From assembly GCA_040005235.1 (NCBI GenBank), contig JBDTZG010000003.1, positions 1-64,000 on the forward strand: a stretch of 64,000 nt of DNA, read 5' to 3'. Positions 9,454 through 18,432 of the stretch are shown here, piece after piece. How positions within the stretch are numbered: the stretch's first letter is position 1; every line of letters begins with the position of its first letter. Source of the DNA: Acidobacteriota bacterium (GTDB taxonomy: Bacteria > Acidobacteriota > Thermoanaerobaculia > Multivoradales > UBA5704). Below the pieces are notes generated by a model. That model worked only from the letters and a program-made list of their open reading frames with translations. It made no database searches and was not told the origin of the DNA. The position numbers were made by a program, and so were the translations under genes.

Positions 9454-10098
9454 ATGACCGAGCCGGTCCCGCCCGGCCGCCTGTTCGCGCAGGGGCTGGG
9501 CCTTTTCTTGTTCCTGTTCATTCCGCTCGTCCTGTTCCTGTTCGTCCGCCATCCCCGGCCCATCGGCGCGAGCCTCGCCGCGGGTCTGGTCCTGATCGTC
9601 GCCCACCGGGCGGTCGCCCGGCCCTGGGCGGCCCGGGTGCGCGGCGCCAAGTGCCTCTGGTGCAACCGGATGCTGCCCCCGGGAGCGGCCGCCACGCCGG
9701 CCGTCGATCTGGAGCTAAACGCGGGAACCGAGCGCCTCGCCGCCCGCACCTGCCCGGAGCATCGCCTCCCCGCGGCAAAGTTCTTCTCCTGGCTCGACCG
9801 CGCGAAGGCGCCGCTGCGGCTCGGCATCTTCCTGCCGCTCCTCGGCCTGCTCGCCGCGCTCGCCGCCGCGGCGTTCGGCTACGGAGAAAAACTGCCGCTC
9901 GCCACCGCGATCTTTCAGCTGGTGGTGGGCCTCACCGTCAATATCGGAGCCTGGGGCTACCTCGGCCAAGCCGAACGCGCTCCCCTTTCCGTCCCCTTTC
10001 CGGCACATAATTTCTTTCTGCTGGGGGTGCGCACCCTGCTCTGGATCTTCCGCGGGGTGGGGATCTGGTGGATCTGGGTCGGAGCGCGCGCTCTCTAG
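9454..10098 (+). CDS. Hypothetical membrane protein with CxxC
   Basis: Several TM helices, KCLWCNR; abuts the upstream stop. Confidence 0.7.
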   Translation: MTEPVPPGRLFAQGLGLFLFLFIPLVLFLFVRHPRPIGASLAAGLVLIVAHRAVARPWAARVRGAKCLWCNRMLPPGAAATPAVDLELNAGTERLAARTCPEHRLPAAKFFSWLDRAKAPLRLGIFLPLLGLLAALAAAAFGYGEKLPLATAIFQLVVGLTVNIGAWGYLGQAERAPLSVPFPAHNFFLLGVRTLLWIFRGVGIWWIWVGARAL

Positions 10099-10121
10099 AA
10101 AAAACCGAAGGAGCCGGATCG

Positions 10122-10661
10122 ATGCCACCGGGATGGACCTCTCTGATTTTCGACGTGAACGGCGAATCGCGCGCCGCGATCTTCCCCACCCACCACACTC
10201 TGCTCGAAGTCCTGCGGGAAGAGCTAGCCCTCCCCGGCACGAAGCACGGCTGCGAGCTGGGCGAATGCGGCACCTGCGCGGTGCTGGTCGACGGCCGGCC
10301 GATCCTCTCCTGCCTGGCGCTCGCGGCCGACATGAAGGGCAAGAAGATCGAGACCGTCGAGGGGCTCCAGAACGGCAACACTCTCCACCCGCTCCAGCAG
10401 ACGATGGCCGACCTGGGCGCCGCCCAGTGCGGCTACTGCACCCCGGGCATCCTGATGACCGCGAAGGCGCTTCTGACCGAAAACCCCTCCCCCACCGACG
10501 GAGAGATCCGCGCTGCGCTCGCCGGCAACCTCTGCCGCTGCACCGGGTACCACAAGATCGTCGAAGCGATCGAAGGCGCGGCGGCGTTGCTGAGAGGCGA
10601 GGACTGGGTGGCGCCGCGCGAGGTGTTGTATGGGGCGGTGGAACCGGGGCGGGAGGGGTAG
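10122..10661 (+). CDS. 2x[2Fe-2S] small subunit of a xanthine-oxidase-family enzyme (HcrC-like)
   Basis: GTKHGCELGECGTC, QCGYCTPG, GNLCRCTGY. Confidence 0.93.
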   Translation: MPPGWTSLIFDVNGESRAAIFPTHHTLLEVLREELALPGTKHGCELGECGTCAVLVDGRPILSCLALAADMKGKKIETVEGLQNGNTLHPLQQTMADLGAAQCGYCTPGILMTAKALLTENPSPTDGEIRAALAGNLCRCTGYHKIVEAIEGAAALLRGEDWVAPREVLYGAVEPGREG

Positions 10662-10665
10662 CGCC

Positions 10666-13272
10666 ATGGCCGAACCGCTACGCAAAGAAGATCCGATCGA
10701 TCTGATCGAAGATCCCCTCCTCGATCCCGAACCCGCCACCGAGCGCCCCCTTCGTTGGATCGGCACCCCCTTCCGCCGAGTGGACGGCCGCGCGAAAGTG
10801 ACCGGAACGACCAAGTTTGCGGACGATCTGACGTTCCCACGGATGTGCCACGTCAAGCTGGTCCGCTCGCGCATTCCGCATGGAACGATCCGAAGCATCG
10901 ACTTCTCCGCCGCCGAGAAAATCCCCGGCTATCTCGGGTGCCTGACCGGCGCCGATACCCCGATTCCGTTCGGCATTCTGCCGGTCTCGATGGACGAGCA
11001 TGCCCTCTGCCCCGATCGGGTCCGCTTCGTGGGCGATCCGGTCGCTGCCGTGGCGGCGACGACCGAAGACGCGGCCTACGAGGCTGCCCTCGCGGTGATC
11101 GTCGAGTACGACAGCCTCCCGACCATCGCGTCGGTCGAGCAGGCGATCTCTACGCCCGAGCCGCGAATCCACGACTACGGCGACGACGGCAATCTGCACA
11201 AGAAAGTTTCGATGCGCTTCGGCGACGTCGAAGCGGGTTTCGCGGCGGCCGATCGGATCTTCGAGGATCTCTTCTTCTACGAGGGAAACACCCACCTGCC
11301 GATGGAGCAGCACGCCACGGTGGCGGTCCCCGAGGACGACGACCGGGTGACGGTCTGGTCGTCCACCCAGACGCCCCACTACCTCCACCGCGCGCTCGCC
11401 AAGGTGCTCGGACTGCCGGCATCGCGCATCCGAGTGATCGCCTGCTCGAACGGCGGAGGCTTTGGCGGCAAGTCGGATCCGTTCAACCACGAGATCGTGG
11501 CGGCGAAGATGGCGCTCATCCTCGGCCGGCCGGCGAAAATCGTGCTCCACCGCGAAGAGGTCTTCTACTGCCACCGCGGCCGGCACCCGGTGACGATGCG
11601 GCTGAAGACCGGCGTGACGAAAGAGGGCAAGATCACCGCGCATCATCTGGAGACGGCGCTCGACGGCGGTGCGTACGGCAGCTACGGGGTGGCGTCGACC
11701 TATTACACCGGAGCGCTCGAAACGGTCACCTACGACATGCCGGCCTATCAATTCGACGGCATCCGGGCGTTCACCAACAAGCCGCCCTGCGGGCCGAAAC
11801 GGGGACATGGCACGCCCCAGCCGCGCTTCGGCCTGGAGGTCCAGCTCGACAAGATCGCCGTCGCCCTGGGCCAAAACCCCGCCGACCTGCGCCTCCAGAT
11901 GCTCGTCGCGCCGGAGTCGATCACCGCCAACTGGCTCCAGCTCCACTCGGTCTCGCTCGACCGCTGCATCGAAGCGGTGGTCACCGGCAGCGGCTACCGC
12001 GAAAGGTGGGGAAATCTCCCCGAAGGGCGCGGCCTGGGGCTCGCCTGCGGCTCGTACCTCTGCGGGGCGGGGCTGCCGATCTATTGGAACCACATGCCGC
12101 AGTCGGGCGTGCAGTTGAAGATCGACCGCTCGGGCTGCGTCGCGGTCTTCTGCGGCGAGGCGGAGATCGGCCAGGGGTCGGACTCGGTCCTCGCAGGGAT
12201 CGTCGCCGAGGTGCTGGGCGTCGATCTTTCGGACCTGCGCCTCTGCGTCGCGGATACCGATCTCACCCCGGTCGATCTCGGCAGCTACTCCTCCCGCGTG
12301 ACACTGATGATGGGCAACGCCGCGCTCCAAGCGGCGGAACGGGCGCGCGACCTGATCGCCAAGGCGGTGGGCGACCAGCTGGAGGTCCCGGCCGACCGCT
12401 TGGTGTTCGCCGAGCGGCGCGTGTTCGACGCCAGTGATCCGAGCAATCCCGAGAAGGGGCTCACCTTTCAAGACGCGGTGATCGCCGCGGAAGCGCGCTT
12501 CGGAACCCTGGGCACGGTAGGGAGTTACATCCCGCCCCGCTCGCCGGGGAAGTACCGCGGCGCGGGGGTCGGCCCCTCCCCCACTTATTCGTATTCGGCC
12601 TCGGTGGTGGAGGTGGAGGTCGATCCGCAGACCGGCCTCTGGCGCCCCGTCCACGTCTGGATCGCCCACGACATCGGCCGGGCGCTCAATCCGGTCCTGG
12701 CGATCGGCCAGGTCGAAGGGGGCGTCTACATGGGGCTCGGCGAGGTGATGATGGAAGAGCAGGCTTTCCGCCGCCTCCCCCGCCACCTCTCGAACGCCCT
12801 GGTCCACAAGTTCCCCTCGATGCTCGAATACAAGAGCCCGACCTTCCTCGACATGCCGCCGGTGACGACCTATCTGATCGAAGATCCCGACCCGCAAGGG
12901 CCCTACGGAGCGAAAGAGGTCGGCCAGGGCCCCCTTCTACCGATTCTCCCCGCGGTCGCCAACGCGATCTATGACGCGGTAGGAGCCCGGGTCGATCAGG
13001 TGCCGATCCATCCCCACATGGTGCTCAAGGCCCTAGACGCCAAGAAAAAAGGCGGCGAGCCGCGCTACGGCCCGAAGAGCTTCCCCGAAGTCGATTTCGG
13101 CGAAACGTTGATCGTGCCGACCCCCGCCCAGGGAGGCAACGGCACCGCGATCAACGAATTCCGCTCGAAACTCCGCTCCGGCATGCGCGGGGTGGCGACC
13201 GGAACGATGAGCACGCGAGACGAGGCGCTCCGCCAGAAGAAGGCGCTGACCACCAAGCTGGAGGATCGCTGA
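10666..13272 (+). CDS. Molybdopterin-binding large subunit, xanthine dehydrogenase family (HcrA-like)
   Basis: DGRAKVTG, GGGFGGK, EIGQG, GSYSSR, GQVEGG, GPYGAKEVGQG. Confidence 0.93.
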   Translation: MAEPLRKEDPIDLIEDPLLDPEPATERPLRWIGTPFRRVDGRAKVTGTTKFADDLTFPRMCHVKLVRSRIPHGTIRSIDFSAAEKIPGYLGCLTGADTPIPFGILPVSMDEHALCPDRVRFVGDPVAAVAATTEDAAYEAALAVIVEYDSLPTIASVEQAISTPEPRIHDYGDDGNLHKKVSMRFGDVEAGFAAADRIFEDLFFYEGNTHLPMEQHATVAVPEDDDRVTVWSSTQTPHYLHRALAKVLGLPASRIRVIACSNGGGFGGKSDPFNHEIVAAKMALILGRPAKIVLHREEVFYCHRGRHPVTMRLKTGVTKEGKITAHHLETALDGGAYGSYGVASTYYTGALETVTYDMPAYQFDGIRAFTNKPPCGPKRGHGTPQPRFGLEVQLDKIAVALGQNPADLRLQMLVAPESITANWLQLHSVSLDRCIEAVVTGSGYRERWGNLPEGRGLGLACGSYLCGAGLPIYWNHMPQSGVQLKIDRSGCVAVFCGEAEIGQGSDSVLAGIVAEVLGVDLSDLRLCVADTDLTPVDLGSYSSRVTLMMGNAALQAAERARDLIAKAVGDQLEVPADRLVFAERRVFDASDPSNPEKGLTFQDAVIAAEARFGTLGTVGSYIPPRSPGKYRGAGVGPSPTYSYSASVVEVEVDPQTGLWRPVHVWIAHDIGRALNPVLAIGQVEGGVYMGLGEVMMEEQAFRRLPRHLSNALVHKFPSMLEYKSPTFLDMPPVTTYLIEDPDPQGPYGAKEVGQGPLLPILPAVANAIYDAVGARVDQVPIHPHMVLKALDAKKKGGEPRYGPKSFPEVDFGETLIVPTPAQGGNGTAINEFRSKLRSGMRGVATGTMSTRDEALRQKKALTTKLEDR

Positions 13273-14363
13273 TGCTGCGCCTGCCCGCCTTCGACTACAT
13301 CGCGGCCCAATCGATCGAAGAAGCCGCCGCGATTCTTTCCGGTGAAGGCGCCGGAGAAGGCTCCGCCGAAGCTGCCGCCCAGGGCCAACCCTCCCCGGTT
13401 CGCCTGGTCGCCGGAGGCACGGACCTCTGGCCCAACATGAAGCGCCGCCACCAAAGCGCAAAGACCGTAGTGAGCCTGATGGAAATCCCTGGCCTTTCGG
13501 ACATCCAAGCCACCCACCCCCAAGGCGAAATCCGAATCGGAGCCACCGCCCTCCTCTCCGACGTAGCCAACCACCCCCAAATCCGAACCCGCTACCCCGC
13601 CTTCGCCGAAGCCGTCGATTCGATCTCCTCTCCCCCGCTCCGGAACATGGGAACGATAGGAGGCAACCTCTGCCTCGACACCCGCTGCACCTACTACAAC
13701 CAAACCGAAGACTGGCGCCGCAGCATCGACTACTGCCTGAAAGAGAAGGGCAAGACCTGCTGGGTGGCGACCAGCTCGCCGAAGTGCCTGGCACATACGG
13801 CGTCGGACGCCGCGCCGATGCTTCAGGCGCTTGGAGCGAGAGTGCGGCTGGTATCGCGGGAGGGGGCTGGGGGTGGAACGACCGAGCGGACGATCCCGAT
13901 CGGCGAGTTGTATCGGAACGATGGGATCGACTACTTGACGAAGCGGCCGGACGAGATTCTGACGGAGATTCTGCTGCCCGCGGAAGCGGATGCGGCGCAC
14001 TGTAGAAGCGCGTTCTGGAAGCTTAGGCGGCGGGGGTCGATCGACTTTGCGGTTTTGTCGGCGGCGGTTGCGGTTTGGGTGGATGCGGGCGGGGTTGTGA
14101 CGAAGGCGAGTGTGGTGTTGGGGGCTGTTGCGTCGTGCCCTAGCGTCGCGGAAGAGGCGGGGGCGGCGCTGGTCGGGAAGAAGTTGACGGAGGAATCGGT
14201 GAAGGAGGCGGCGGGGCTGGCTCGGAGGGTGGCTACTCCGTTCGATAATACGGACTTCCAAGCGCAGTGGCGGGGGGCGATGGTGGAGGTGTGGGTGGCG
14301 GGGGCTCTGCGGGGGTGTACAGCCGGGGACATCGGTTACGGGTCAGACCGGGTTCATGGGTAA
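13272..14363 (+). CDS. FAD-binding subunit with [4Fe-4S] insert (4-hydroxybenzoyl-CoA reductase beta subunit-like)
   Basis: AGGTDL, RNMGTIGGNLCLDTRC...C...C...C; the last ~15 codons come from an IS-end-like sequence. Confidence 0.88.
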   Translation: MLRLPAFDYIAAQSIEEAAAILSGEGAGEGSAEAAAQGQPSPVRLVAGGTDLWPNMKRRHQSAKTVVSLMEIPGLSDIQATHPQGEIRIGATALLSDVANHPQIRTRYPAFAEAVDSISSPPLRNMGTIGGNLCLDTRCTYYNQTEDWRRSIDYCLKEKGKTCWVATSSPKCLAHTASDAAPMLQALGARVRLVSREGAGGGTTERTIPIGELYRNDGIDYLTKRPDEILTEILLPAEADAAHCRSAFWKLRRRGSIDFAVLSAAVAVWVDAGGVVTKASVVLGAVASCPSVAEEAGAALVGKKLTEESVKEAAGLARRVATPFDNTDFQAQWRGAMVEVWVAGALRGCTAGDIGYGSDRVHG

Positions 14364-14470
14364 CACTCCGGGGAGAAAGTTGACAGGTTTCTCCCCGTCC
14401 AAACAGGGGCGGCGGCTCCGGAGTGAGCCCGAAGGGCGACCGGAGGGGCCGCCGCCCGTCCGGATCGGTG
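14316..14470 (-). mobile_element. IS481-family-like terminal sequence (remnant, no transposase)
   Basis: Minus strand reads ...GTGTTACCCATGAACCCGGTCTGACCCGTAACCGATGTCCCCGGCTGTACA, the repeated TGT(T)AC(C)CATG...TGTCCCCGG..ACA pattern typical of IS481 ends; marks the left border of the island. Confidence 0.6.
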
Positions 14471-14599
14471 GCTATCCCATACAGTCTGTCTGCGTTCCCT
14501 CGCGTGAATCGAAAGTGCGCGCCCATCTTCTTGCCCCAGCGGAGCGTGCGGCCGAGGGTCCGGCGGTGGCGCCGACGCAGCAATGTTCATTAGTCGAAC

Positions 14600-17296
14600 C
14601 TACTTGAATCGCCAAGTCAAGTACGCTCCTATGGTGATCAGAACCATGGCACCCAGCGTTGTAAGCAAAATACTGCATCCAAGCCCAAGCCTGGGCTTTT
14701 GCTGTCGTGGGGGCTCGGGATCTTTATGTGGGATTTTCATCGAAGTGGGTGCAGGAACGAGACCCGGTTCACCGTCAGCCCGTGGACCCGCAAATACGGC
14801 AGAGAGAGCCCATGACGAGGGAACTTCCTGACGAACGGGTATGACAAACGACGGGAGCTGGGGTAGATCCCTACCGGATTCCAGCTGATACCAATTAAGT
14901 ATGGCTACCACGCGAGCGAAGCGTGAAATGCTCTGAAGCGCGTCGAAATCCCGACAAATGGGTGCCGCGATCGGATTGAGGGAGTCATCAGACCGAAGCG
15001 TTGCCTCATACTCTTCCTCAAGCAGTCCTATAACTCGGCGTAGCTGGTCGCGCTGAGGCGAGGAGTCAGCGGGCGCGCTCGAATTACTCGTTAACCTCCG
15101 CTGTGCCTCAATCAGATAAGAGAGTTCTCCGAGCTTCGGGTTCCACCACGCAGGAGGTTTAGGCGAAAAAACCAGACGAACGCGAAGAAAACAATCCTTC
15201 GGTTGTGAAAACGGCTGAATCATGAGGCGTCCATGTTCACTCCAAACGTTTGCCTTGTCGTCATACCACTGGTAGGTTACAAAATCACACGCCTTGTCAG
15301 TTAGTAGAAATTCCTTGGGTACATCGTTGCCCTGTTCACATAATCTAGCCAGCAACATGTCAAGCCGCATCGCGTCGCGAGCGAGATAGGTTTGGGCGAT
15401 AGCCGGGTGGATTGCAAAGGTCCAGTGGTCGCTGAGAATCTTCGTCATACCCACCAGTCCTGCTGCGTTCTCAGGAATCGTTATATTTTCTCCACCTACC
15501 TGCACCGTCATTCCTTTGACGAAGTGGTATGCGGCCCACAGCTCGGTGAACGTAAGGTCCAAATAGTCCACCTGCTCACCTCCCGAAAGGAGTACTCGGA
15601 GCACTACCCCTTGAGGTTCTGAGCCCTCTTCAAGACCTGCCAGTGGTAGAAACTGGAGCTCAATCGGCTTAGCTCCACGATAGGTGTGATCGTTGCCGAG
15701 GATCACCCCACCGAAGATCGGTATCCTCATCATTCGCATGCTGCGAAATCTAGTTACAGATCGGGCCGAACCTTGAGGCCCGGCTCCGCTTCCGCGTGTT
15801 CCGGGAAGGTTGAGATCATTGCCCATCGAGCCTCCATGAGGCGCCCTTGGCCCGGCCGGCCTAGGAAGCGACAATCCGGGAGCGTCTGAACGAGGCCCAG
15901 GGCCTGCTCCTCCACGGTCCGACCCTTTCATATTCTCGTCGGCTCGTGCCTGCAGCTCGCGATATTGCCCGGTCCCCTTGGAGGAAGGGTCACGCTTCGG
16001 CCCAGCCTTATCCGGATGGATTGTCAATGGATCAAAATCACGTAACATCAAGGCCAGCGCCAGGTCTTGCTTGCGCTTCGGCTTCACCACTCTTAGCGCG
16101 CTATCGAGAACTTCAACTGATTTCATAGACCGCCGAAGCGTGTCTACTTCCTTGCGGCTGAGCACTCCGCGCGAAGCGAACTCCGCCAGAAACTCATCGC
16201 TCGGCCGCTGACCGAGACTATTCTGCAAGAGCGCTTTGTCTGCCGTCTTAGCCTGCGCCTTCTGGAGGATGCTACGGCTTAGAGCTTGATGGCGCAGCAT
16301 TTGTGACTCGATGAAAGAGCCGAGCCGCTCCCGGTGTTTGGCTTGCGAAGAAGCTCTCACACCGCTGAACGTTATATCGACACTCTCGCCACGACGGGAC
16401 CCGGTGACGAAAACATGGTCGGGGCCGAGTTCCGAGACCAATCGAAGTAGGACTTCTGGTGACGGATGATCATAACGGTTTGCCGCATTCGCCGTGATCA
16501 CCACATCGCGCAGACCCAGCGCCTTTCGTCGCGACAGGAGGGGCGAGAGGTCATTGTTCGCTGAGCCGTGATGCGAAGCTACCAGTACATCCAAGCGAGG
16601 CGGAGGAGTCTGCTCAGCCAAGGTCTTGATCAGAGCGCTCGAAGCGTCGTCCAAGTCGACTATGCGCGTGACCTTTCCTTGACCTGAAATCTCATACTGA
16701 GTCACGACGGATTGATCATGAACATTGGTTCCAATTGTGGTGGGGTCATAGACAAAGTTGGAGGCCTTTACGCTCCCCTTTCGACCTGAGATTTCCGAGA
16801 AAGCATCTCTTTTATTTGCAGAGGAGTACGAGACTTTCCGACCTACTCCCTCGCCATGCTTCTTTAGGTAGAGTTCGTAGAGAGAGGGCTTTCTGGTTGT
16901 TGTGGCATACTCGTTGTCTACGAAGATGATCTCAGTAAAATTCAGAATCTGTGGATCCTGCACAACCGCCTTTAGACCATCGAGATGATCCGAGTGGGGA
17001 TGAGAACATGTAATCACCAAGCGCTTGACCTTCTGGCCTTGCAGGTAAGACAGCACATCCTTGTTCTCGATTTCAGCACCCTGGATCCCTGCTACGCCGC
17101 CCTGCCCACCGTCGGTGATATATGCGGTCTTCGCTAGCCCATCAAGAATTAGACTTGCGGTACCGGCTCCCTCGATGGCAAGAAAGCGCGCGACCTGGCC
17201 GGATACTGAGAGCGCCCACACCGAGAGTAGAAGACCCAGAGTCGTCACTTTTGCACGGCGGCCTATCAGCAAAGCGAGATGAATAGCCATAGACAC
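14600..17296 (-). CDS. Large ComEC/Rec2-like metallo-beta-lactamase-fold protein with unknown C-terminal region and C-terminal TM anchor
   Basis: SHPHSDH, HHGS and YDHP motifs; signal-like N-terminus; visibly lower GC than the flanks. Confidence 0.8.
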   Translation of the reverse strand: MSMAIHLALLIGRRAKVTTLGLLLSVWALSVSGQVARFLAIEGAGTASLILDGLAKTAYITDGGQGGVAGIQGAEIENKDVLSYLQGQKVKRLVITCSHPHSDHLDGLKAVVQDPQILNFTEIIFVDNEYATTTRKPSLYELYLKKHGEGVGRKVSYSSANKRDAFSEISGRKGSVKASNFVYDPTTIGTNVHDQSVVTQYEISGQGKVTRIVDLDDASSALIKTLAEQTPPPRLDVLVASHHGSANNDLSPLLSRRKALGLRDVVITANAANRYDHPSPEVLLRLVSELGPDHVFVTGSRRGESVDITFSGVRASSQAKHRERLGSFIESQMLRHQALSRSILQKAQAKTADKALLQNSLGQRPSDEFLAEFASRGVLSRKEVDTLRRSMKSVEVLDSALRVVKPKRKQDLALALMLRDFDPLTIHPDKAGPKRDPSSKGTGQYRELQARADENMKGSDRGGAGPGPRSDAPGLSLPRPAGPRAPHGGSMGNDLNLPGTRGSGAGPQGSARSVTRFRSMRMMRIPIFGGVILGNDHTYRGAKPIELQFLPLAGLEEGSEPQGVVLRVLLSGGEQVDYLDLTFTELWAAYHFVKGMTVQVGGENITIPENAAGLVGMTKILSDHWTFAIHPAIAQTYLARDAMRLDMLLARLCEQGNDVPKEFLLTDKACDFVTYQWYDDKANVWSEHGRLMIQPFSQPKDCFLRVRLVFSPKPPAWWNPKLGELSYLIEAQRRLTSNSSAPADSSPQRDQLRRVIGLLEEEYEATLRSDDSLNPIAAPICRDFDALQSISRFARVVAILNWYQLESGRDLPQLPSFVIPVRQEVPSSWALSAVFAGPRADGEPGLVPAPTSMKIPHKDPEPPRQQKPRLGLGCSILLTTLGAMVLITIGAYLTWRFK

Positions 17297-17455
17297 CTAG
17301 TCAGGAGAACGCGGTTCCCCAAGCGATCTGCGAGAGGGCGATCCTCCTACTATATCTACAGACGGACCCGACGCCAGGATTCCGCAGTAGCTTAGCTAGG
17401 CCCGACGGAATAGGTGCGTAAATGGGTGGAATAGAATAGGTGCGGCCGGAATAGG

Positions 17456-18040
17456 GTAGAGTCGAAGGCGGGCGCGGTTGCTGTAGGTCGAGGGAGTCGC
17501 TGTTGACCGGCGGCTTTCGCTTGGATGCCGGTGCCTCAGTCTCGGCCGTAGCTCCGTTTCCCACCGCCGCTCATCGAACCGGAAGTGCGGATCTCCCGCA
17601 TCCGGCTCTCGGACGGACTTCACGAGAGAGCATGCACGATGCTCCTTGGCAGGCGCATCTGGCGGATGTCGAGCACTCCCACCTTTTCGCCGTACACCTC
17701 GCTGAATCCGAAGCGGCCGCTTCCGGGGGGAAGTTTGTGCCGACGACAGAGAAACCGCCGTACCCGTCCCGCGACGTGCCACCGGATAGCCGTATCGGCC
17801 TGCCCAGTGTGGCCAAAGCTGAAGTATCCGGCCCAGCCCTTCAGGAGCTGATTGAGCCGAGCTTGCAGCTCCGGCCAGGGCGTGGGGTTGCCCCGATAGA
17901 CCAGAGCGTTGATCTTTTCCTTGAGCCGCTTTTGGGCTTTCTTCGAGGGCCGGGCCGAGAGGAATCTCTTCCCGGTCAGCCCGTGCTTTGCCGGACCGAA
18001 GGTGTAGCCCAGGAAATCGAACGGCTCTTCGCGGGCCTGA
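17456..18040 (-). mobile_element. 5'-truncated group II intron (RT/maturase C-terminus plus ribozyme domains V and VI)
   Basis: Minus-strand DV GAGCCGGATGCGGGAGATCCGCACTTCCGGTTCGATGAGCGG (~17566-17608); 3' end ...CGACTCTAC at 17456. Confidence 0.92.
17620..18040 (-). pseudogene. ltrA: Group II intron reverse transcriptase/maturase, C-terminal fragment
   Basis: Manual translation: EPFDFLGYTFG...PSKKAQKRLKEKI...LNQLLKGWAGYF...RRFLCRRHK...VHALS*; no start codon and no YADD domain. Confidence 0.88.
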
Positions 18041-18063
18041 CTTCGGTCTGGACTAGCCCTACA

Positions 18064-18428
18064 CTAACCTTCACGACGCTTCTTTATCGCTTTCGTTAGG
18101 TTTTCGATATCGTCGATGCGCTGCTTGATAGCTTCAGGCCTGGGAAATGGTGTTCCGTCTGTCGGGGGCTGATCGTGAAGCCAGCGAGAGCATTCGGTCA
18201 TCCCGTCCTCAATGGCTTTGCAGTCATCCTGGGTTATATCGTGTAAGACTCTCACTTTGTTTGTCTCGACGCTGGCACGATACCGTTGCACTACATCATT
18301 GAGGAGAATTTCCGTAGTGGCCTGTTCCCATGTCAGCCGAAGGAGGCGGTAAATTCCACGCGCATCATCCTCATACTTCTCGGGAGAGGTGCGAAAAATC
18401 TTCTCCGCTTCCTGGTAACGGGCCGATC
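18064..18428 (-). pseudogene. C-terminal fragment of a large AAA-family ATPase
   Basis: YEDDARGIYRLLRLTWEQATTEILLNDVVQRYR...MTECSRWLHDQP; 5' part cut off at the motif at 18433; lower GC. Confidence 0.6.
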
Positions 18429-18432
18429 GGGA

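Noticed and set aside
14480-14590. Minus-strand LLRRRHRR...RLYG fragment resembling a maturase tail
   Set aside because: Too short, and no domain V follows it.
17456-18040. RT fragment as a retron or DGR
   Set aside because: A canonical group II DV/DVI and maturase X domain are present; no template/variable repeat pair was seen.
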